DNA from: Stappia albiluteola
GTDB taxonomy: Bacteria > Pseudomonadota > Alphaproteobacteria > Rhizobiales > Stappiaceae
Direction: 5' to 3'
Assembly: GCF_014050225.1 (NCBI RefSeq)
Contig: NZ_JACFXV010000063.1
Location: 3,635 to 27,634 of the forward strand
Length of the DNA: 24,000 bases
The notes beneath the pieces were generated by a model that saw nothing but the letters and a program-made list of their open reading frames with translations, was not told where the DNA came from and made no database searches. The translations under genes were made by a program, and so were the position numbers. This document shows positions 1 to 7,556 of the stretch, in pieces; within the stretch, counting starts at the first letter, position 1; each line of letters opens with the position of its first letter.

Positions 1-167
1 TGCACGAGCAAACGACAGGTATCGTTACCAAACTCTAAAGATACTCAAGATATTGTGGTTTTCCTGCCCGCTTGCCCGTGATCTTGAGCGTCAGCGTGCC
101 AACGATTTAGCAAGGGTTTTGCGCCATCATCGACACGCTGACTGTCAGGTTGTGCGTCGTCAGCTAT

Positions 168-222
168 CGGCGGACGAGGAAGGTTGGCAAATGCGACCCC
201 GCCTCCTTCTTCGTCCCGCCGG
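168..222 (+). terminator. Long GC-rich stem-loop, possibly an intrinsic terminator for a transcript entering from the left edge
   Basis: CGGCGGACGAGGAAGG (168-183) pairs with CCTTCTTCGTC-C-CGCCG (205-221): about 16 bp, one bulge, one G-U on the + strand. It is followed by GATTATTCG, a weak U tract. No credible CDS in 82-294. Confidence 0.3.
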
Positions 223-294
223 ATTATTCGAAACGGACACTAGCGAAACCCGCCACCCAGGCAAGCGGCCTTCGTCCATTTCGTAAACGACAGG

Positions 295-741
295 TTAGCG
301 CGTAATCACGATTCGCGCATTCTTCTTTCCATGCTGCTGGATCAGCGAATAGAGGTGCCGCGCATTCGCCGGATGCAGGCGGATGCAGCCATGCGAGGCG
401 GGCCGTCCGAGGCTCCTGACCGCATCGGTGCCGTGGATGGCGTAGCCGCCATAGAAGAAGACCGACCAGGGCATCGGCGAATTGTGATATTTCTTCGAGA
501 AGTAGCGCCGGTGCATGCGCCCGGGCCGGAACGTGCCGGTGGGCGTGCGGTAGCCGCGCCTTGCCGTTGAGACCGGCCAGGATTGCAGCCTGCGGCCGTT
601 GACGTAGACCACCATTTTTTGTTCGGAAAGGTCGATCCGGGCGATGACCGTGCCGGCCCTGGCCGGCTGCAAGGAAACGAGGCTCAGAAACACTGTCAAA
701 AAGAAAGCAGATAGCATTGTTCCGCAAATGGGCCGACTCAT
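295..741 (-). CDS. L,D-transpeptidase (YkuD domain), secreted
   Basis: 148-aa ORF with ATG start and GGGGG upstream. N-terminal signal peptide (LSAFFLTVFLSLVSLQPARA). Catalytic motif HGT...SHGCIRL typical of YkuD L,D-transpeptidases. Confidence 0.85.
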   Translation of the reverse strand: MSRPICGTMLSAFFLTVFLSLVSLQPARAGTVIARIDLSEQKMVVYVNGRRLQSWPVSTARRGYRTPTGTFRPGRMHRRYFSKKYHNSPMPWSVFFYGGYAIHGTDAVRSLGRPASHGCIRLHPANARHLYSLIQQHGKKNARIVITR

Positions 742-851
742 TACACACCCCCACTGCTTGCCTGAATTTTACAAGTATTTCCCTTCTTGTGGCATCGGGA
801 AAAGATTAACACGGCTTTAACCGCCTGTCCCAGGCGCCTGCTTCACTTTTC

Positions 852-889
852 GCCGCATCGCGCAACACCGCATTGCGCAAGGATGCGGC
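852..889. repeat. Imperfect inverted repeat in the divergent promoter region
   Basis: GCCGCATC-GCGCAA (852-865), 7-nt loop, TTGCGC (873-878), 3-nt bulge, GATGCGGC (882-889). It lies between the divergent starts at 741 (-) and 1006 (+). Confidence 0.6.
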
Positions 890-1005
890 CGCGCCATGGC
901 CACCCGCCCGCTGGCTGGTGAAAAGGCTTTCAAGATTTGCCGTTTTTCTGGAAAGGCCCGCATAGATTTCCTACATTCATCAAGAGGATCGAACGGAACG
1001 GTCGC

Positions 1006-1824
1006 ATGAGAAAGACGCGGAATTTCAGCAGTATCGCAGGTGCGATCGCGCTCGCGGCCCTGTTCGGCGGCAGCGCACTGGCCGGGCAGTCGTCAATTGA
1101 CCGGCTCCTGTCGACGGGCGCCTGTCCGCGCTGCGACTTCAAGTTCGACGAAATGCGCGAAATCTCGCTCGACGGCGCGAAACTGGAGCGGGCGGTGTTG
1201 CGCGAGGCGGATCTCAAGGAGGCGCGTCTCACCAACGCCGATCTGCGCGGGGCCGATCTGCGCCGCGCCGAATTCGAACGCGCGGATTTGTCGGGCAGCG
1301 ACCTTACCGGTGGCTCCCTGCGTGCCGTGGATATGGAGAAGGCGATACTGGTGAGGACCATATTCGCCGACGCGGACCTGAGGGACGCCGATCTCGCCGA
1401 AGCGGACATGAGCGAGAGCGATTTCACCGATGCCGACATGCGCTTCGCCTATCTGGTGCGCAGCAAGGCGGCCAATACCATCTTCAAGGGTGCGAAGATG
1501 GACGGCGTCGATCTCGAGCGGGCGATGATCGAAGGCGCGAATTTCGACGGCGCCCGGCTGAAATACGCCGATTTCGACCGGGTCAGGGCGGCCGGTACGA
1601 CATTCAGGCGCGCGGACCTGACCGGCGCGCACATGACCAGTACCGATCTGACGGGGGCCGATCTGTCCGGCGCCAATCTGACCGATGCGCTGTTGCGCCG
1701 CACGCGGCTTGCCGGAGCGGACCTGACCGGCGTGCGGGGACTGTCGCCCGAGCGCATCATCAATGCCTGCGGCGACGAGAAGACGAAGCTGCCCGAGGGC
1801 ATCACGCTGAAGGCCTGCGAATGA
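1006..1824 (+). CDS. Pentapeptide-repeat protein with signal peptide (periplasmic or secreted)
   Basis: Continuous A(D/N)LxG-type pentapeptide repeats (ADLRGADLRRAEFERADLSGSDLTG...). The longest ORF starts at TTG 937. ATG 1006 gives a canonical signal peptide MRKTRNFSSIAGAIALAALFGGSALA. Cys pairs occur near both ends (CPRC; C...C). Confidence 0.85.
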   Translation: MRKTRNFSSIAGAIALAALFGGSALAGQSSIDRLLSTGACPRCDFKFDEMREISLDGAKLERAVLREADLKEARLTNADLRGADLRRAEFERADLSGSDLTGGSLRAVDMEKAILVRTIFADADLRDADLAEADMSESDFTDADMRFAYLVRSKAANTIFKGAKMDGVDLERAMIEGANFDGARLKYADFDRVRAAGTTFRRADLTGAHMTSTDLTGADLSGANLTDALLRRTRLAGADLTGVRGLSPERIINACGDEKTKLPEGITLKACE

Positions 1825-1842
1825 CGGGGCTGCAGCGCGCCG

Positions 1843-2346
1843 TCACAGATAACCGATCGCCCGGCCGCAGCCGATCACCGAAAGCCAGATCGCGGCGGAG
1901 AAAAAGCCTGCCCAGCGGAAGCGGGAAATGGTGCCGCGTGAATCAACCTGCGCCAGAAGGCGCCAGGCGGGCACGATCCTGAGCGACAGGGCGTTCAGGA
2001 TACCGAGCGCGACGAGGACAAGCTTGGCCTGCATCACCGGCATGGCGAGATAGTCGGTCGCCTTTACCGAAATCATCAAGGTGCCTGTCGTGATCGCGAT
2101 CAGGAGGCCGAGCATGGAGACCGGCACAAGCACGCGCTTCAACTCGGCCAGCGGCACCGCCTTCCAGAAACCCATCAGGCGCAGGTCGAGTGGCAGGATC
2201 GCCCCGAACAGCAGCGCGATGCCCACGACATGGCCGAAATTGACGAACGGATAGAGCCACGGCTCGCGCCGCATGAGCGTCGCCGCCTGCGACGCCTGCA
2301 GGAAACGCGCCGCCTCGTCGAGATGAAGAATGCTAGTCAAGTCCAA
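1843..2346 (-). CDS. Conserved integral membrane protein of unknown function (about 4 TM helices)
   Basis: 167-aa ORF with hydrophobic helices (HVVGIALLFGAILPLDLRLMGF, VLVPVSMLGLLIAITTGTLMI, AKLVLVALGILNAL, WAGFFSAAIWLSVIGCG). TTG start lies 5 nt after the stop of the upstream gene. From memory it resembles DUF6644-type proteins; unverified. Confidence 0.6.
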   Translation of the reverse strand: MDLTSILHLDEAARFLQASQAATLMRREPWLYPFVNFGHVVGIALLFGAILPLDLRLMGFWKAVPLAELKRVLVPVSMLGLLIAITTGTLMISVKATDYLAMPVMQAKLVLVALGILNALSLRIVPAWRLLAQVDSRGTISRFRWAGFFSAAIWLSVIGCGRAIGYL

Positions 2347-2351
2347 GAAGT

Positions 2352-2753
2352 TCAGCCCGAGCGATTGGGATAGAAGTCATAGACTATACCGGCCACGGTG
2401 ATTCTTTCCGCCTTCATGACGTTTTCCGACCGGTTTTTCGACCGGTGGCCGGAGGCGAAAACCTCCTGGCCCTCGGAAATGCCGCCTTCCTTCAGCCCGG
2501 CGCCGCGGATGCGCGAGGGTGGACCAAGTTCGACCTTCCACATTGCCCCCTCGACGTCGACATCGAGAAGGCCGTGCGGCGGCCCAAGATAGATCGAGCG
2601 GATGATGCCCGTCAGCTCGAACTGGCCGTCTTCCGCCCATCGCCAGCCGTGGTGGGCAAACGCCCGGGCCGGCACCAGAAGCGCCAGCGCGGAAGCGATG
2701 AACAGGCGCCTGTCCGGTTTCGCGTTTCCCGATTTGCCCGTTACTTCCGACAT
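2352..2753 (-). CDS. Small exported protein of unknown function; Tat-like signal and mature N-terminus His-His
   Basis: ATG 2753 is preceded by GGGAGG; the longest ORF starts at 2795. Twin-arginine-like signal DRRLFIASALALLVPARAFA is followed by HHGWRW. From memory the architecture resembles the family annotated DUF6152; unverified. Confidence 0.6.
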   Translation of the reverse strand: MSEVTGKSGNAKPDRRLFIASALALLVPARAFAHHGWRWAEDGQFELTGIIRSIYLGPPHGLLDVDVEGAMWKVELGPPSRIRGAGLKEGGISEGQEVFASGHRSKNRSENVMKAERITVAGIVYDFYPNRSG

Positions 2754-2992
2754 CTCCCGGCCTCCCTGATGCGTGAATTCGTTTCCCGATCGCATAAATG
2801 GGGCGGAAAATCCGTGTGGCGAATTTCGAAGCCCGCGGTCTTCCCCCGTGCCGGATCACACGCATTCCGGTTGACTTGATCCCCCTTTTTCGTCATGACG
2901 TTCGCAATCGTTTCAGTCGGACGTTCGATCCAATGGCCTTGCGGCACGACGACATCGCCGGTTTTTCGGCAACCGCCCTTTTTGCGGCGGCG

Positions 2993-3058
2993 ATGACGTG
3001 CGCGAACGATCCGCGCGAGACCACCCTCAAAACCACGACCACTAAAACCACCGCCTGA
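2993..3058 (+). promoter_or_regulatory. Candidate leader peptide ORF in the asd 5' leader (MTCANDPRETTLKTTTTKTTA)
   Basis: 21 codons from ATG 2993 to TGA 3056-3058. The last 12 codons contain 8 Thr (ACC/ACG/ACT) and 2 Lys. It ends 109 nt upstream of the asd ATG and is followed by GC-rich alternative stems. No clear SD and no U tract. Confidence 0.3.
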
Positions 3059-3167
3059 CGGTGCCTCTCGTCCCGCGCTCCCCCGGGTCACGAGGGGAGC
3101 GCCGAGGGCCACGGTCGCTTGATGCGCCGGATGGCTCGCGGGGGGCGGAAAAAGAGGAACTATCACG

Positions 3168-4202
3168 ATGGGTTACAAGGTCGCAGTCGTAGGCGCCACG
3201 GGTAATGTGGGCCGCGAAATGCTCGATATCCTCGCGGAACGCGGCTTTCCGGCCGACCAGGTGGTGGCTATCGCGTCCCGCCGGTCGCAGGGCGTCGACG
3301 TTTCCTTCGGCGACAAGACGCTGAAGTGCCAGGCGCTTGAGAACTACGATTTCTCCGACACCGATATCTGCCTGATGTCGGCCGGCGGCTCGGCCTCCAA
3401 GGAATGGTCGCCGAAGATCGCGGCGCAAGGCTGCGTCGTCATCGACAACTCCTCGGCCTGGCGCTACGACGCCGACGTGCCGCTGATCGTGCCCGAAGTG
3501 AATGCCGATGCGATTGCCGGCTTCACCAGGAAGAACATCATCGCCAATCCGAACTGCTCCACCGCACAGCTCGTCGTCGCGCTGAAGCCGCTGCACGAGG
3601 CGGCCACCATCAAGCGCGTTGTCGTGTCGACCTACCAGTCGGTCTCGGGCGCGGGCAAGGACGCAATGGACGAGCTCTTCAACCAGACGCGGGCGATCTT
3701 CGTCAACGATCCGGTCGAGGCGAAGAAGTTCACCAAGCGGATCGCCTATAACGTCATCCCGCATATCGATGTCTTCATGGAAGACGGCTACACCAAGGAA
3801 GAATGGAAGGTGCTGGCCGAGACCAAGAAGATGCTTGACCCGAAGATCAAGGTTACCTGCACGGCTGTGCGTGTGCCCGTCTTCATCGGCCATGCGGAGA
3901 GCGTGAATATCGAATTCGAGAAGCCGATCACGGCTGAGGACGCCCGCTCGATCCTGCGCGAGGCGCCGGGCTGCCTCGTCGTCGACAAGCAGGAAGACGG
4001 CGGCTACGTCACGCCGTTCGAATGCGCCGGCGAGGACGCGACCTATATCTCGCGCATCCGCGAGGACGCGACAGTCGAAAACGGCCTCAATATCTGGGTC
4101 GTCTCCGACAACCTGCGCAAGGGCGCGGCGCTGAACGCGGTTCAAATCGCCGAGGTTCTGGTCAACCGCAAGCTGATCCAGCCGAAGAAGCGGGCCGCCT
4201 GA
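3168..4202 (+). CDS. asd: Aspartate-semialdehyde dehydrogenase
   Basis: 344 aa. N-terminal Rossmann motif VAVVGATGNVGREM, active-site region NPNCSTAQLVVALKPL, and full-length resemblance to bacterial Asd. AGAGGA SD lies 9 nt upstream. Confidence 0.97.
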   Translation: MGYKVAVVGATGNVGREMLDILAERGFPADQVVAIASRRSQGVDVSFGDKTLKCQALENYDFSDTDICLMSAGGSASKEWSPKIAAQGCVVIDNSSAWRYDADVPLIVPEVNADAIAGFTRKNIIANPNCSTAQLVVALKPLHEAATIKRVVVSTYQSVSGAGKDAMDELFNQTRAIFVNDPVEAKKFTKRIAYNVIPHIDVFMEDGYTKEEWKVLAETKKMLDPKIKVTCTAVRVPVFIGHAESVNIEFEKPITAEDARSILREAPGCLVVDKQEDGGYVTPFECAGEDATYISRIREDATVENGLNIWVVSDNLRKGAALNAVQIAEVLVNRKLIQPKKRAA

Positions 4203-4234
4203 CGAAAGCTCCGCCTGCCGGCGTCATCTACCTG

Positions 4235-4277
4235 AAAGCCCCGGGCGCGTGCATCGCCGCGCCCGGGGCTTTTCGTT
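4235..4277 (+). terminator. Rho-independent terminator of asd
   Basis: AGCCCCGGGCGCG (4237-4249) pairs with CGCGCCCGGGGCT (4258-4270) with an 8-nt loop, followed by TTTTCGTT. Confidence 0.8.
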
Positions 4278-4368
4278 CCGCCGTCCTCCCATACGGCCAG
4301 AGACCCGCGAGGCGGGCCTGGGCCGGCGTGTTCCGTGCCGTCCTCGGCAGTGCATTGAACTTCGCGGG

Positions 4369-5592
4369 TTAGGCGGGATGCCGGTCTTCGGCTTCGGGCG
4401 AAGTCCGCAGGACGAGGACGAGGCTTACAAGTCCGATACTTGCGCCGACGACGAGCAAAAGCCATGCGGCGTCGAAATTGTCGGCCGCTATGCCGCCCAA
4501 GAGTACGCCGGCACCGAGCCCAAGCTCGGACCCGAGCCGCCAAAGCGCATGGGCGCGCGCCAGATGGGTCGCGGCCGCGTGCTTCTGGATCAATGTGATG
4601 ATGAAGACATCCTGGAAGGCAAAGGAAGCTCCGCCGGCAAGGCCGATCGCCATTTGCAGGGCAAGCGTTCCGGTCTGGCCGACCAGCAGGAAGGCAAGGC
4701 CCGCGACGAACATGCCGAAGCCGACCATCAGATTGGATCGGCTTGCCGGAAGCCACGCAATGATCAGGTTTGCCGCGATGCCGCCGAAGGCGAAAGCTCC
4801 GATGACGCTGGCATAGGCACCTGCCTCGCCGTTGCCGCCTTCCAGCAGGATGCGCGGCAGGATCACGAAATAGGCCGCGCCATGGAAGAGTGCGTAGACC
4901 GCCGAGCAGACAAGTACCGCCGCCAGCACCCGCGATGCGCAGATAGTGCGGATGGCGCGCAGTTGTTCGCCGATCCCTGTCGGAAGCGGATTGGTCGCCG
5001 GTCTGATCGAGCGTGACAGGACGGTTGCGGCCGTCACCATGATGGCAAAGCTCGCCGCGGCGATATCGAGCACGAGAAAGGTTGCCGTCTTGCCGAGAAG
5101 CATGGCGGGAAACGGCGCGACAAGGCGCCCGAGACGCTTGGCGTTGTCCAGCAGGTTGTTGAGGTTCTTGGTTGACCAGACCGGCTGCAATGCCGGTACG
5201 ATAGCCGTCAGGGCCGGCGACTCGAAGGCTCTGGCGCAGCCGATCGCGAAGGCGGCGCACAGGATCGTCAGTGCCTCGGACGATCCTGCGGCCATCGCGA
5301 GCGTCGCCAGGGCTGCGACCAGGATCGCAAAACCGTTCGCCCGCTTTAAGATCGGCAGCGCGCCCAGCCGGTCGGTGAATGTCGCCCCCACGAAACCGAA
5401 GAGCCAGAAGGGCGCACGCTGGATGAAGACGGCAAGACCGGTCAGGGTGGACGACTGCGTCAGTTGCCAGACGGCCCAGACAAGCATGATCTCGAGAATC
5501 TGATCGCCGCAGATCGCAGCGGAACGTCCCATGCCCAGCACCAGGCCATGGCGGTAATTGCGAAGGAAAATCAAAAGGCTATACCAATGCAA
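4369..5592 (-). CDS. MFS transporter (12-TM type; N-terminus resembles the EntS/MFS_3-like group)
   Basis: 407-aa hydrophobic ORF. The N-terminal pattern LRNYRHGLVLGMGRSAAICGDQ...WAVWQLTQSS resembles MFS_3 transporters. The start is uncertain: TTG 5592 is the longest, and an alternative ATG lies at 5532. Confidence 0.8.
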   Translation of the reverse strand: MHWYSLLIFLRNYRHGLVLGMGRSAAICGDQILEIMLVWAVWQLTQSSTLTGLAVFIQRAPFWLFGFVGATFTDRLGALPILKRANGFAILVAALATLAMAAGSSEALTILCAAFAIGCARAFESPALTAIVPALQPVWSTKNLNNLLDNAKRLGRLVAPFPAMLLGKTATFLVLDIAAASFAIMVTAATVLSRSIRPATNPLPTGIGEQLRAIRTICASRVLAAVLVCSAVYALFHGAAYFVILPRILLEGGNGEAGAYASVIGAFAFGGIAANLIIAWLPASRSNLMVGFGMFVAGLAFLLVGQTGTLALQMAIGLAGGASFAFQDVFIITLIQKHAAATHLARAHALWRLGSELGLGAGVLLGGIAADNFDAAWLLLVVGASIGLVSLVLVLRTSPEAEDRHPA

Positions 5593-5635
5593 TCAAAGGA
5601 GAAAAGGTTGCGTCCGTGAACCTATTCTCCTTTGA
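5593..5635. repeat. 16-bp inverted repeat / hairpin between the carbonic anhydrase stop and the MFS start
   Basis: TCAAAGGAGAA (5593-5603) pairs with TTCTCCTTTGA (5625-5635). An inner AGGTT (5605-9) pairs with AACCT (5619-23), with a 9-nt loop and one 1x1 mismatch. Confidence 0.8.
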
Positions 5636-5685
5636 CGGGCGGGCCAATACACCTTTTGTCGCCGGCTGAAAACCCGCGTGAAGCC

Positions 5686-6378
5686 TTACCCGGCGTCGCC
5701 AGCCTTGCCCGTTGGAGCCAGATGGAACTCGCCGGTTTCGGGGTTCATCAGGCGCAACTCGCCGGAGCCGATATCGAACCAGGCGCCATGCAGGGCAAGG
5801 CGACCCTTGTCCTCCAGGATATTCACGCAGGGAAAAGTGCGCAGGTTGGCAAGCGACTGGCGCACGCCCGCATATTCCATCGCAAGCTGGCGGTCGTCTT
5901 CCTTGCCGATTTCGAGGCAGGCGAGGGTATCGGCCGCCGGCTCCAGCAATGTCATCCACTTGCCGATGAAATCGCCGGGCGACAGCGGCACGGCATTCTG
6001 GTTGAGGAAGGCCGAAACGCCGCCGCAGCGGCCGTGGCCCATGACGACGATATGCTTGACCTTCAGCGCCTGCACCGCGAATTCCAGCGCCGCACTGGTC
6101 GAGTGGTAATAGCCGTCGGGCTCGTAGGGCGGCACGAGATTGGCCACGTTGCGCACGACGAAGAGTTCGCCGGGGCCCGCGCCGAAGATACCCTCCGGCG
6201 TTACCCGGCTGTCGCAGCAGGACACGACCATGACATCCGGCGTCTGGCCGTAGATCGCCAGCCGCTCGTAATCCTCGCGGAAGCGTACATAGCCCTTTTC
6301 GCGGTAGCGCCCGTAACCTTCGAGCAAGCTGTCGGGAAAGCTGGCGTTTTCCGCCCGCGTCGACTGGTCTGCCGTCAT
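5686..6378 (-). CDS. Beta-class carbonic anhydrase
   Basis: 230 aa. Zinc-ligand motifs CCDSRV and HGRCGG are typical of beta-CA. ATG start. Confidence 0.92.
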   Translation of the reverse strand: MTADQSTRAENASFPDSLLEGYGRYREKGYVRFREDYERLAIYGQTPDVMVVSCCDSRVTPEGIFGAGPGELFVVRNVANLVPPYEPDGYYHSTSAALEFAVQALKVKHIVVMGHGRCGGVSAFLNQNAVPLSPGDFIGKWMTLLEPAADTLACLEIGKEDDRQLAMEYAGVRQSLANLRTFPCVNILEDKGRLALHGAWFDIGSGELRLMNPETGEFHLAPTGKAGDAG

Positions 6379-6664
6379 TGCCGCATCAACCTTCTTTTTT
6401 CGCCGTTACACGAAGTGATCTAGCGGCAAATGGGACTCGTGCCCAGCACCTTCAAGCCGGCCGGAAGACGGAGGCAGGCAAAGCGTGGAACAACTTCAAA
6501 AGCTTGTGTCGCGTGGAAGCCCTTGCGCCGGGAGCGTGGAAACGACGTCGGTCGTGACGCGAAGACCGCACTGCAAAAAAGAGCGCTTCCGATCACGGAA
6601 TTTTTCATAATTTTGCCTTAATCCAGCCCTTGGGAAGCCACGTTGGACGGTCATACATATATCG

Positions 6665-6815
6665 TTGCCTCAGATATCCGATCAGGCACCGGCTTCGGAA
6701 CGCACTAGCCCCCCAGCCCCCCGGGGTCGGTCGCAGATTGGAACAGGTGTTCCTCACAGGAACAATCCCCTAAGGTGACCCGAAGGGCCGGCTTTCGAGC
6801 CGGCCCTTTTCTTTT
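6665..6815 (+). ncRNA. Candidate small RNA of about 150 nt; 5' end approximate
   Basis: A strong + strand-specific terminator at 6783-6815 has no upstream + strand CDS. Possible promoter CTTGGG (6629-34)-N18-ATACAT. Internal hairpins and two C6 runs (6709-14, 6717-22). Not matched to any RNA family I recognise. Confidence 0.35.
6783..6815 (+). terminator. Rho-independent terminator (orphan)
   Basis: AAGGGCCGGCT (6783-6793), TTCG tetraloop, AGCCGGCCCTT (6798-6808), then TTCTTTT. The reverse strand has no T tract. Confidence 0.8.
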
Positions 6816-6919
6816 GCCCATTTCCATTGGATGGCCCCTTCCTATCTTTCCTGGGTCTTTCGCGATCCGGGCTCCGATCGGTGCTTTTGTCGAGGCTCGA
6901 GGCGCGTTATCCTGTTTTC

Positions 6920-7444
6920 ATGAGCACGGATCTGATCGCCATGCGGCCCGCCCGCCCGGCCGACGCCGCCACGCTCTCCGCCATCCACCTGCAGGCCTGG
7001 CGCGGAGCGTATCGGGGTCTTTTGTCCGGCGTCGACCTGGAGCGGATGCTGTCGCGCCGCGGTCCGCGCTGGTGGCGCGGCGCGCTGACGCGTGGCGTGA
7101 TGATGCAGGTGCTGGAAGTGGCCGGACGTCCCGCCGGGTATGCCACCTACGGTCGCTCGCGCATGCGCGAACTGCCTTTCGAGGGCGAGATCTACGAGCT
7201 CTATATCCTGCCCGAATACCAGGGCCTCGGTTTCGGCTCCAAACTGTTCAGGGGAACGCGGCGCGAGCTGCATCGCATGCGCCTTTCCGGCCTTGCCGTG
7301 CGCGTGCTCAAGGACAATGACGCCGCAATGCATTTCTACCAGTCGCTCGGCGGCCAGGTGCTGATGACCACGCGTGAGCAGATCGCCGCCACTACCGTGG
7401 AATTGGCGATTTTCGGCTGGTTCGCCGACAGCGACGGCTCCTGA
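6920..7444 (+). CDS. GNAT family N-acetyltransferase
   Basis: Acetyl-CoA binding-type motif YILPEYQGLGFGSKLF and a C-terminal region NDAAMHFYQSLGG. ATG 6920 is chosen over the longest ORF start at 6827, which abuts the terminator. Start is uncertain. Confidence 0.8.
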   Translation: MSTDLIAMRPARPADAATLSAIHLQAWRGAYRGLLSGVDLERMLSRRGPRWWRGALTRGVMMQVLEVAGRPAGYATYGRSRMRELPFEGEIYELYILPEYQGLGFGSKLFRGTRRELHRMRLSGLAVRVLKDNDAAMHFYQSLGGQVLMTTREQIAATTVELAIFGWFADSDGS

Positions 7445-7556
7445 CAGGCGAATTCCGCCTCCTCAGCATTTCGTTGCAACGCACACGTTGTCGCTTGCCT
7501 TCGTCGCCCGCGGCTGCGATACAGCCCGCAAAATCTGACAAGGAGCCCAAGCTGCC

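Noticed and set aside
53-286. 77-aa ORF at the left edge (TTG start).
   Set aside because: Arg-rich translation with no SD. It runs through long inverted repeats and is more consistent with structured non-coding DNA.
10-295. 11-bp direct repeat AAACGACAGGT at 10-20 and 285-295, which could mark a small inserted element.
   Set aside because: A single 11-mer match within 300 bp is about what chance predicts in a 24-kb window by a rough estimate. No terminal inverted repeats or transposase are present.
2798-3058. The full 86-aa ORF upstream of asd considered as a real protein.
   Set aside because: Moderate GC3 and no motifs. Only its last 21 codons (the Thr/Lys-rich part) look meaningful, and those are reported separately as a leader-peptide candidate.
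6420-6621. Small ORFs in the 540-bp gap (62 aa on the minus strand, 63 aa on the plus strand).
   Set aside because: No recognisable motifs and poor third-position GC compared with neighbouring genes. The minus-strand one has a weak AAGG upstream but nothing else in support. They are left unannotated.
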